Below, piece by piece: positions 52,383-64,000 of a stretch of 64,000 nucleotides of DNA. Under the pieces are notes generated by a model that worked only from the letters and a program-made list of their open reading frames with translations, ran no database searches and was not told where the DNA came from. Numbering within the stretch: position 1 is the stretch's first letter; the number at the start of each line of letters is the position of its first letter. The translations under genes and the position numbers were made by a program. The DNA is from Lingula anatina (Eukaryota; Animalia; Brachiopoda): assembly GCA_051362555.1 (NCBI GenBank), contig CM120646.1:15996001-16060000 (forward strand), written 5' to 3'.

Positions 52383-52906
52383 TGGGGCTCCCCCCCCCCC
52401 CCCCCCCCCACACACACACAAACAAACACTTTGAAACCAAGCCAACCCTAAATAAAGTGCAAAAAGCAGGGAGGAGGTTCCAAGGAGCACTGCTCACTTC
52501 TTTAAGCCAAATGTAGGCCTATATAAAAAGATTGCTTCGCCGGCCAACACCACAATCAACTGGTGCAATTTCAAGTGCATACTCGGTACAGGGTTTTTCG
52601 CATTTTTCCTCTTCCTCCTCTAACCTCTCAAACTTTTTTCTAAAATATTTTATCCCTTTACTGAAAAATCCACTTCCTACACGCCTGCCTGGTGATGCAT
52701 TTAACACATGTTAAACGTCAGGAAATGCTGTCGCACTGAATATTGCTCCGCATTATTCATATCTCTATTCATTTTTGGCAATTTTTAAATAAATTCATAT
52801 AATAGTTTTACTTCTACTCTTTGTAGTTTGTCATACTTACCATAGACCATATCGCACTTGCAATGGAGCCCTGTTTTAGATTCATACAGCCACAACATGT
52901 CTCCAT
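50433..52906 (-). CDS. Four-TM LAPTM4-like protein, tandem copy 5 (166 aa)
   Basis: Exons 52841-52906, 52114-52177, 51830-51936, 51232-51325, 50694-50761, 50433-50534. All GT-AG and in frame. Confidence 0.88.
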
Positions 52907-55602
52907 GATTGTAATAACCAACAAAAAATTATCAGAAAATGATCTATCGACTAACGACTTGCTCTATCACGATAATGTTACGAAATGTTAAGTGCGCAAT
53001 ACTGCGTCCTTTTTATAACGCTCTCGGCTTAGGGCGTATCCGGGAGTAATTTTCTATGTTTGTTTGCTCGAAATCCCCATCCTTCATTTCGCAATATTCA
53101 CTATGATAATTCCTTTCCCCGAAACATATTATGCAAATGAGTCATCCCGGTACTGTGACGTCACTGGTGAGGTCGATGCTTGGGTCACCCCAGACGTTCA
53201 TAACAACATGCTTATCTCTTACACTTTTATTTCTCTGACCTCGTTTATTATAACCTAAAGGCATGGATTATATTTCTTGGTTAGCCAAGATATTCCATGG
53301 ATTATGAAGTTATGCCAATTATTAAGACACGAAGTTCTCTTTAGCACCCATTTTATATAAATCATTCATGTTTGGTTGGTAAATTAGGTAATCAACCTAG
53401 AACATGTAGCAAAGATAATACCCTTTTAATGTTTATTCGAAAGTGTCTGGCAAGATTTGATAGAGACGCATCAAATGTCACTTGGATATTTCTTTACAGG
53501 TACTAGAAGTAGAAGGGTATTTATATCACGTTTACGTGTTAAGAAAATGAGGGTCCGTATGACAGACAGTTGGCCTTGTAACACACGGTTAGGGTTGGGT
53601 AAGTGTGTCAACATCCGCATACCTGTACAAAGTAATGAAAACACATTAAAGTGTGTGTGTGTGTGTGTGTATTTGTGTGTTTGTGGTGGTGGGGGGGGGG
53701 GGGGGGGGGTGCAGGGGGCTCTCTTGCCCAGCTGTGAACGACACCGGGACGGATCTACACCATTTACACTTTTCTAGATTTTCATGTAGTTCACAGGCAG
53801 TTTAATTTATTGAAACATTTGTCAAATATTTCAGTTAAATCCACTGCATTTAACTTTATTCCCAGACAAAGGATATACAGGTTTTTCCCATAGTGATACA
53901 CGTAGCAGCCATTTCACAGGGGGTGAATTTATACAGTAATCCCAAAAATACATTAAGTATTACTTTTTGCATCCTGTCCCACACCTATCTTACAACTTGT
54001 TCATATCTTTAATTGATTAAGTGTAAAGCTTGAAAACGTACACTGGGATCCTCTTTCGTAGATTTGACGACATTGTATTACCCCAACTCTAGGACAGTGG
54101 CCTGCGTCATTTAGTGACCTTCCCTTCTACCTGTTATCAGTGGTGCCAATGACAAACTAAAATAAAAGAAGTTGGTCTTGTTTTTCTTCTTCAAAATGTC
54201 TTTTCAGATACATTTAACAGTTTAAAAAAATGAGCTTGCATGCAGTATATTTTACAGTGTACTAAATAAATTTTAACACAGAAACAATAGCAACAAGTAG
54301 ATTGCATATAAAGCAAACAAAATGATAAAAAACGAAAACAAATAATCTCCCCTTAACAACAAAATGTTACTCTTATCTCAGTTTTTACATAAATAAACAC
54401 ATTATTTATAAATGCGTCTTTAGTCAATGCAGGGTCACTAATGAAATTGATCTACCCGCACTTCCTAATTTAGACGCAGGAAATGTTACTTGTGGATTAA
54501 GAGGGAATTTTCTGCTGAATGGGCTTGTCAGTGGTATTGTTTACTCATCAGACTCAATTCTCACATTGAATGCGCTCCGTTTTAAATATTTGCACTTGAT
54601 TATCTCGTTCTAATTTCGGTTGCGTGAATGCCACGTTTTCTGTACACCTGTATGCATTCAATAACAAAATCAAATCAAATTTGTAATACGTGTAAAATAA
54701 ATTCAAGCAACACTGAAACAAGCCTATTTTTCGAATTACCACCTGTTCCACAGTTTATACAAAAGAAATTGAATAATAAATGCAATAAATAAGCTGAATT
54801 TGAAAATATGCGCATTAAAAATGTAAAAGATGCCCCACATCGCAGAATACAATAGTACTTATATAAAACATATCTTTTTCTACGGCAAAAGCAGCAAACA
54901 ACAGTGTTGTTCCATAGCAGATCCATCTACAGGACACACTGGGTCAAGTTCCCCCCTTTCCATAATAATAAATATAACAAATGGAACGAAACAAAAACAA
55001 AAAATTGTCCTATTTATAGTTTTACCCTCCCCCCCCCCCCCCCCCCCCCACACACACACACATACACAGGAAAGCCCTTGATCCGCCGGTACAGTTCAGT
55101 GATATTTAAAAGATCTGATCAACTCAATATGTACTTAAGACCAACACCGATTTCCTCGTAGTAGCTGACTCGGTTAAGGGCGAGACTCCTGTGGCAACTG
55201 AAGTACTGTACTAAACCAAGTGGGTTTGTGTGTTAGAATTGATTTTGTTAACACACAGTTGAATAAGAAAAAAATAACATATACGTCTACCATTTATGAC
55301 TTATCATGTATATTCATCAGGTAAACTTGAATTATTTAGGATGTCATATGTCTACCCCATTAATGGCACACATTAATTATCAATATGCTTACTTTTTAAA
55401 TAATGTTTTAACATTATTAAAATATAAACGTTAGTGATTAAACTGTTCGCTTCTACTTTGGAGGTCATTTAACAATTAATTCGAGATAAAACGACTATAC
55501 AATGTCTGTGTGTTTGGCACATAAAAACCTGACTAATCACATTTCGTAAGGCAGCTGATACGGTACGTGTTAACAGTCCCGTGACATTTATCTTGCTCCT
55601 TT

Positions 55603-58600
55603 TCATACAGTTGAAGTGGTTCGAACTTGAGATAACTCGCCCCATGCCTGTTTAGGCGGAGTGGGAGGTGGGCGCTCTGCTTGAATGGCTTGGGTGGTTT
55701 GCCTTCGAATTAATCGATGGCTTGGTCCGGGTTCGTCATCGGCCGTGGTAAAAGTAGCGCCCTCTATGTTTTCAAAATTGGTATCGTCTGCTGAGGTTAC
55801 TTCATTTTTGACGGTGTAACGTTCTGGGTTGACCTCTTGGCCCTCGGCATCCGGGCATGCGCTTTCTGTCGGTAACGGACTGGGATTGATTGCCAAAGTT
55901 TTGGAAATGTACTTTTTCCTATATAGGAGAAATGATGGATACATTGCATGAATATGGAAGACGAATTAAACTAGACAGCAAATACATATATATTGTCTAC
56001 TTCAACCGTATCTTTAATTGAGCATCCGATGAGAGAACCATCTCTTCCAAAACTGAAGCCTCGTTTTTTTCAGTTCATGGCAACTGTGTGAATCTATACT
56101 GTAGTTTTGCTAAACGAGGCTTTATTTACGGGAAAGATGTAAAAAGGGCCTAAATAGATGATTTTTCGAACGAATGGTAGACTAGCATGCTAAATACGAG
56201 AATTAAAATTAATCAGATTTTTCCTTCGGAAATGAATTCGTAAATGTAAATGGTAGTGACACAACAACCTGAAAGAAAAAGTTAAACATACAGGGATGTT
56301 ATCCTAATTAACAAAAACAAAGAAAATAAGTAATGACTGTTTGGCTTACACACATATAACCACAACTCGGATTCATAGACTTTTTTATGTGAAGAACTGC
56401 TTTTATATCCTTTTCGCTCGTCTTTTAAGATTAAAATCCAAACAAAGTGTTCTCCTTTCTTTAATTGTAACACGCATTATTAAGTCAAATCCGCATTACC
56501 TTATCCATATAATGGCAACCGCTATGACCGCAAGGACTAGAACGACTGCAAACACTACGCCAATGACCCAGAGCAAGGACTGCGGTTCCGGAGTGGTAGA
56601 CAGCTGGGGATCGTAGGCTAGAGGGGGCGACTTGAGCACCGCTGTCGCCACAACGCTGTGGTTGCCTGTGGAATAAAACGTTTTATTTATGTCAACGCAG
56701 AACACGGGTACTTAGTCAATTAGTGTTAAGAAGCAATACGTAAAACTACATGGGAACGTATTTAAATGTCTCTCAGACTGAAATAAGCTGGATATATTTA
56801 TATTCTGTTCATCATGTTTTAAGTAACTTGATCCTCTATTGCGTAGAACGTTAGTTCTGAACTGTAACGCAACAGGCTGCGCCACCGACGAGAACACATA
56901 GAAGACTGCATTACCTGGTATATTTTCCTGTACTTTTTACCTTGAAACGAAAACACCTGGAGTGGGCTAGAGTAGGAGGAGGAGTAGATGTAGGATGAGA
57001 GCAGAAAGAGAAATGAGATATACGAAATAAAAATAAAAATAAAAACAAACTACCCACGAGTGTAGAGTAACAGTGTTCACTCACCCAGTGCATCCTCCAA
57101 TGCACTTATATTGCTCTGCACGGCCGTCAACAGATCTGTTACTGACATGACGTCGCCGCTCGTTGTGAGGGCATAGAAGGCCACGTCCAAGTAGTTGGAA
57201 TCGTTGAGCCAAGCGACGGGGTAGCCGGGAGAACGAAGGATATAGTTGTACGTGAATGTGGCATCAGAGGCGATTGTCCTCCTAAAATAACGCAAAGTAA
57301 TAAATCTGTGGATAGGTGCACGTGTGCATTTTACGGGCGATTTGCTGTTTTACACAAACCTTCCAATATAGTTTTAACGATTGGGTGTCCAATGCAATGT
57401 ACAGTATAATCACTTTAATCTCGATAAGCACGTAACTCCATGTACGCTTAAAAAATTTAAGAAAAATGCAGTTAAGTTTCAATGTTAACAACTTCAACCA
57501 AACTGAACTTACTTCCGGCGGCGTCTGCCGACAGATGTCGCACTGACCAACGTGCACGTGGTATTTGAAGTGGCAGCGCAGTAACTGTTGGCCAGTGAAG
57601 CTATCATTGTGGTCACTCGTCTGTCCACTGCCACTGTATACTGTGAATGGAAACAACACATGAAAAAATGCCGAAACAAATGCACGGAATGAAAGTAACG
57701 CCTTATAGTTTTCTAGAGACCAAGTTTTGTGCTTTAATTCGTTTATTCAAAGGCTAAGTTGAATACAAGTACTGGCTATGTCATTTCAGCAATGTTATTA
57801 TTATTATTATTATTTTAGAACAAAAATAACTGAATGTAATCAAGCATAATTATAAAAAACGATGTTTTATAACTTATTGAACTGTATAAACTGATTAAAA
57901 AACAACGCTGTGGTTGGACAAACAGTGTGGTGGTTCATGCATGTGGAAAAATACACGTGGCCATGCACTCTTACCCTTGACATGGACATTATCACAGAAA
58001 TCTTGATGGCATTCACTATCTCTGTGTTACTGGGCACCCGCCGCTCGTTCTGCACGGGCATGACGTCATCCGGGAGCTCTGAAAACGTGTTACCCATCAG
58101 ATTTCAAGGTCCGTGGAAAAAATTCAGGCCTACCCAACTACCAGACTCGGCACCTAAGGATCCTGAATTAACCGGTATATCGGACCACACTACCCGTTTT
58201 CAAGGTGTGTGTCAGATCGCATTTCGGAGTATCAGCCAGAATACCGACAGGATGAGCCCTGGCATGCTCGGCTGTCACCTTGATTGGATAGTAAACGATT
58301 GTCGTAAAATTGCTATATGATTTTAAAACCGGGTGCATAAATTTGAAAGCCACCTAGATGAACCTTAGACTGCCACATTAATCTAATACAATGCAAAAAA
58401 GCCCTATCAAAAGTGGTTAAAACATTCAAACCGAATGTCGTTAAGTCCCCATATATCCCCATAGAGACAATAAAATAGAGTACTCTTAAGTAAGAGTACA
58501 GTTTAAGGTTGTTCAGCCGAGCGTGGATGAGCCCGCAGTCGTGCTACAAAATTTGTTCTGGGGTATGATACTCCGAAATGTGATCTGACACACACCTTGA

Positions 58601-61600
58601 AAACGGGTAGCGTGGTCCGATATACCGGTTAATTCAGGATCCTTAGGTGCCGAGTCTGGTAGTTGGGTAGGCCTGAAATTGAAGGTTTTCTATGACACCA
58701 TGGACGGTGCATAGATTTAACTATAAAAAGCAGCAAATTTAACGTTTCGATCCGCAATGAATGGAGATTTGACAAATTATATTGATTTTGTCCCTTATTA
58801 GCATAATAGGGCACCTTTTGTTAAATTCTGGACAATATTTTATTTTATCATCCCTGATAGGTTGGCTTCCATAAAAATATCATAGCCAAGACAATACCTA
58901 ATACGGTTTACAGGGAAAATAGATAAACAAAAGTGAAATTGCATATTTGAAGGTAGTTTAAGTGGTTGGAACGAACCCAACTGCCTGAGGTACTTAACAC
59001 ATTTTGTGTAACATTTGCATAATTTAGTGCCCTCAAGGTAATAAAATAAGAAACCAAACGAAATTACGAAACGATATAGCAAAGTTATAAAACATTACAC
59101 CAACTGTGTGCACCACTAACGTGATTCAAGCGTCCTCATTTTTGTGGGACACACACACACACACACAAACACACACACTTACCCGTGCACCTGCCGTTGA
59201 CCAGTATGAGACCTGCAGGACACTGGCAGGTAAAGCTCCCCTCCGTGTTCATGCACTCCTGGGTGTCCAGGCAGCCGTCCCGTAGCAGCCAACACTCGTC
59301 TATATCTATATTACCATAAATAAAACCTAAGACTTTACACCTTTACTCCATAATTATACAGTTATTGTATCAGTTGTTCGAGATATGATGAGGATCTGGT
59401 TGACTGTGACTTTCTTTGTCCATAAAAATACCAGGATGCGGTACAGCTTCGTTTTTAAAAAGAGTTAAGATAGAATTCAGAATAAAACATGAAACCTCTT
59501 AGCAGAGGTAAATGATGCAGGTGTGGAAACTGGCGGATTAAAATGGACAGGCAGTTTGAGACAAACATGTACGGGGAACGTAAACGCTCATAACTTGTTT
59601 TTCAGAACTATCCACGCGCAAGCACCAGAGAGATAGAGATAGAGAGGGCGAGCAACATACCTATGCAACTATATCCATCACTTCCCAGAGTGTACCCTGC
59701 ATCACATGAACAGTTGTAGCCGCCAGCAGTATTCTGGCAGTGCTGGACGCAGCTGTGGTTACCGGTCAGACACTCATCTTGGTCTGAAATATATTTCATT
59801 ATACCTGTACAGCTCCACACAGTCACAAACGCCCGTTCTGTTTCGTTTCTCTTTCAGATAAGCACTCCGCTAACACTTTCTCAGATTCAACTCCCTTCCA
59901 ATCTTTAAACATCTTTTTCACATGGGATGTGTTGGGGAAGGTGAATGAAACCGCGCTTAAAATGCAAACGTTTTCAGCATTTCATTATTGATCGCGTAAG
60001 TGTTCAACACCGCTTTGACCTTACCTACACATTCCGTGCCATTGAGGAGGGAGAATCCTTTCTTGCAGCCACATGTCTGGTTGCCAGTGGAAGATAAATT
60101 ATAACACCATCCGTTGGTAAGATCGCAGCCAAGAGAGTTGATGTCACACGGATGGGTGGCTAACGGTAAATACGCCAAAGACAGAGTATTCAATATATGT
60201 ACAAAACTCAGAATGTCTGAATAATAGGGATACAAAACCGCATTGGGGACTGTACAGCTGTAAATTGAAGTATGATTGCACTGTCAATAAAGTCGTGTTG
60301 ATTATCAGCTCAAAGCTACCAGTAGAGGAAATATTACACATTGGAGACAAGTTTTAGTATTTTGCGTTGTACGTTCTTGTTATCACATAGGCCTACACGT
60401 ATTCTTAAAATGGTCATAACAACAAATCCTGCTGAAGGACCTTTGAACAGTTGTGAATTCTCATTGTACTCCAAGCTTCTGAAAACTTACGGATACAGTC
60501 CTTTCCGTTCGATTGCATTACAAAACCAGCATCACACATGCAACGATAGGAGCCGACCTCATTGACGCAAATTTGTGAGCAGTCATTGGCAGGAGAGCAT
60601 TCATTCACATCTGTAATAGGGCAAAGATGATTGTGTATATTTTATGTCATAATAAATAATAAAAAGAGATAAAATGTTGGTATTATAATCTAACTTTTTA
60701 AGGTTGAAAAGCAAATGATAAAACCGTAATAATCATCCAAAATTTGGTGCACAAGAATAAGTCTTTAACAATTCCAAAACCATCAGTTAGTTAATTAAAG
60801 CATAAACAGGATTACTAACAGAACTGCATTGAGTAATGACTGCATTTTAGTAGATACTAGTAGTTATTACATGTACAGTATATTAATATGAATGTTTATT
60901 ATAAGTCACAGCAATATCAACTGGGAAAAGGTTCTGGAAAATCTTTTCGAAATACGCCGCTAAATGGAACTAATAAATCACCTTCACAACTGAAGCCGTC
61001 TGCTGCAAGTGTATATCCGGTTGCGCATGAGCAATAGTACGATCCAGGAACGTTCACACACGCATCCTCGCACGGATTCGTATCACATTCGTCAATATCT
61101 GTAATGTCAACATTTACGCTGTCACAATTCTGTGAGGAGATAAATTCAATTTAAGTATAAAACATGATTGTCTACAGATCTTAAGAAGTGTTCGTTTAAA
61201 TTTATAACAGATGCACGAAACATATCATATTTCAAGATACAAAATCAGCTTATAACGGTGTAGTACACATACAGTTGGTGCTTTCGAACCTACTTGACTG
61301 TATCAGGTACAACAATGATTTTGGTATCTCAATAATTTATCAGATAAAGTAAGAAAAGCAAGGTACCATCGCACTGTTTTCCGTCTCCAGAATAGCCATG
61401 TGGACACGGTCCGCACGAGTAACTGGACACGTTGACAGTAGGCGTGGTGCTCAGACAGCGGATGCCAGGGAAGCACGGGTCGTCAGTTGCTGCGCATGCG
61501 TCAATGACATCTTCACAGTGGGTTCCTGAGTAGTTGTCTGGGCATGTGCATTCCAGTTTTATGAACCTGTTCGTAATAAGGTTATTCATGTACATTCTGT

Positions 61601-63344
61601 CTGATGATGTCATAATCATAAACGAGGCAACACTTTGAACTCGTTCTGGCGTTCGAGCATTCCCATATATTTTTTAATGTGCTCTATTAAAAAAACTTTC
61701 AAGAGCAAGAAGAAAATCCGCGTATACATTCTTAGTCAAGGCGGCGTAATATGAACACATGTGTACACTTACTTTGCATCTGTCTTCCTTAGTTCTTCGT
61801 CAGTTAACTGCTCACAGGTCCCGCCATTAAGACAGGGACAGTACTCTAGCACAGGGGTGTACGAGCTGCTGGCGTTACTGGAACCCTGCAACAAAACATC
61901 AGCGTTTAGAAAACGTTTAAATACAGTTATTCATATGTGCATGCAAATGGTGAATTCTTTTTGAATGAACGACACAAACATCACACGTGCATTGGCATAT
62001 TGAACGACAACGAGCAACGATTTGAAATAAATCATTGCCACCCTTGCTGGTTTTAACGCTGCACCTTACATCAAATAACGGACCGCAGGATTTTCAGTTG
62101 GCAGCAGTTAAGCTCGTTGATTGATGGCTTGAAATATAATAAACAATAGAATTGTGAACGGTAAGACGAAATAATCGATATTGCATGTTGCAGAAATACG
62201 TAACATTTGTCATGACAAGCAGTACTGTTCAGAATGAGAAGCATCGTACCTTGGCAACAAATGTCACGGTTAAGTTGGCGTTCACCGAGTTCAGAATAAT
62301 GCCTATGGCGCCCTGCTGTTCATTCAGGACAGTGAAGTTAACGCCACTGGAAGCGTTTGTATCCAGCAGGTCCTGGATGCTGTCCCCGTGCCGCGAGGAA
62401 ATGTTTATCACTATCTGGGTGTATTCACCTATGTTAACCCGATGTGATGGTGGTCCGATAACCACAGGGGGAAAATTACCTAGAAAACAATCCGAGGTGA
62501 ACAGTCACAGTTACAAGTAAAAACCATATTTGATTTCAATAGGATAAACAAAGCAAATGGAGACACGACGCATTAAACAATATTGTTGTTAAATTCCGTT
62601 CCTGAAATGTACTCCCAGGAGCTGTTAGCTATATATAGTTTAGACATTTAATTTCAATATTACGATTATGATTCATTTGATGCTTTAAATTTTGAAAGAA
62701 ATTCAGTGATAAATTGAAAGCGCGCACAAACGTACCCAAATCTGCTACTGCTGCGTCAAACGCGACTTTCTCGGTTTTTGTGCTTTCGCCAAACGTTAGA
62801 TCACCAGTCTGTGCTATGTCAAACAGACAAGGGGTGTAATCACCACACACTTCAAAAGCCTGCTGCTGTAGAGTCACATTATAAAAGGTAAAGTTTTCTG
62901 TAAACATTGGGACGAAGTCTGGGTCATTGTATGTGGCATAGTCGTCGCCGTCTGCATAGCAGAAAGCACTCCCTGTTGGTCCGGAACCGTTGGTTACCAT
63001 CCCTGTGGATCATTAGGTTTATAAATACATTAGATTACATTGTTCTTAGAAACTCTTTTTGTCAAAAAGCGGATTAAGACGGGTTATTACTTTATCAAAA
63101 CCGAGTTTTTACATATGAGATTACTGTATTGTACAAAAATATCTAACCTCTTTTAATGAAACCCTATCTAACCTTGCGGCGAGGACAGTCAAAATACACC
63201 CCCCCCCCCTCCCCGCTCTAACACATATCGGATCTACTCAGCTAAGAGTGTCTTTTGGATGTGTAAGGTCGACTAATTGTCATGCAAGAGTGCAATCTCT
63301 CTCTCTCTCTCTCGATCGAAGCATATCAGAAAACGTGACATCAA

Positions 63345-63402
<58 letters not shown>

Positions 63403-64000
63403 AGGAGAGAGAGAGATGGCCCAAAGAAGTAGTTTTTTCAGTGTGGTCATGCTTTGCTAATATTCTTACACGTCAAACCAAAGAGTTTGTAAAAATCTTC
63501 TTCAGGTGATGTTATTGGTATTGCTGTGCCATTGAACGGTGTGAAATCGTCCGCCATATCTCCGTTCATTACTCCCACAAGCCCCCGCGTGCTATAGGAA
63601 AAATTGCTGGGGACATCAAGGACGACGGTCAACATACCCTGCAGGTAAGAGTCCATAATAATGTCAATTTAAAAATAGTTCACGCAAAACAATTATAGAC
63701 AATGTGACATGAATAGCCACTTATAGCTTTGACTAATAAACAGCGTTTATGTTATCTAATGCTTTATGTTTTAATTATTTAGATGTTGAAAAGGTATCTC
63801 TTCCATTAGTTCAAATACCTGGTGTCATATAAATGTACATGTACAAGCATGTACAAGACAAAACACAAATGCATCATAACCGTAACTATTCACACAACAC
63901 TCACATGTATGGCTTTCACAATGATGGCAATCCCGATATCGTATAACGCCTCTACGGAGTTGTTGTCCGACTTGGAGAGCAGTACACTTGCTGGGAGCAA
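55603..64000 (-). CDS. Mucin-like / MUC4-SUSD2-type membrane protein, 3' part (VWD, Cys-rich region, EGF and calcium-binding EGF repeats, furin site, TM, tail); 5' end outside the window
   Basis: Exons 63905-64000, 63470-63638 (TRGLVGVMNGDMADDF, VWD), 62736-63002 (CLFDIAQTGD), 62250-62479, 61773-61885, 61367-61566, cbEGF/EGF exons 60982-61098, 60491-60610, 60025-60159, 59661-59783, 59183-59305, then 57975-58078, 57513-57640 (GRRRRK), 57085-57281, 56500-56665 (TM LLWVIGVVFAVVLVLAVIAVAIIWI), 55603-55918 (ends TTSTV*). Phases are consistent. Confidence 0.9.
58125..58675. mobile_element. Foldback MITE family A, copy 3 (551 bp, 5-bp TSD AAATT), intronic in the mucin-like gene
   Basis: Near-identical to 5772-6323; AAATT on both sides. 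Confidence 0.92.

Noticed and set aside
52346-52409. Long G run followed by C run (hairpin/G-quadruplex) and polyproline ORFs
   Set aside because: A homopolymer expansion of a short G/C tract also present in paralogous introns; homopolymer lengths are unreliable.
57910-58353. ORFs containing LPNYQTRH / RPTQLPDSAPKD-type peptides (also at 38874 and 58629)
   Set aside because: They are translations of the non-coding MITE family A TIR, with no transposase motifs.

Overview
AT-rich, intron-containing animal genomic DNA, probably a marine invertebrate (lophotrochozoan-like; an inference from domain content and repeats). I assembled eight spliced genes by hand from GT-AG boundaries with consistent intron phases. 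(1) A secreted uromodulin/OIT3-like D8C + 4xEGF + ZP gene on the minus strand (2191-10670). (2) A divergently oriented type-I membrane receptor with CCP, PAN/Apple, 6xCCP, TM and a Tyr-motif tail on the plus strand (14933-19303). (3-7) A tandem array of five ~166-aa four-TM LAPTM4-like genes on the minus strand (23067-52906); the ORF track shows only fragments of it because all exons are 61-107 nt. (8) The 3' part of a MUC4/SUSD2-type VWD-EGF-TM mucin-like gene on the minus strand (55603 to beyond 64000). The paralogous units act as internal empty-site controls. They reveal several MITE insertions with TSDs, many TA->TACATGTA/TACAGTA transposon footprints, a deleted splice donor in one copy, gene-conversion mosaics, micro-inversions, an inverted templated insertion and a flanking block present six times for five genes. 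No rRNA, tRNA, CRISPR or prokaryotic features were found.
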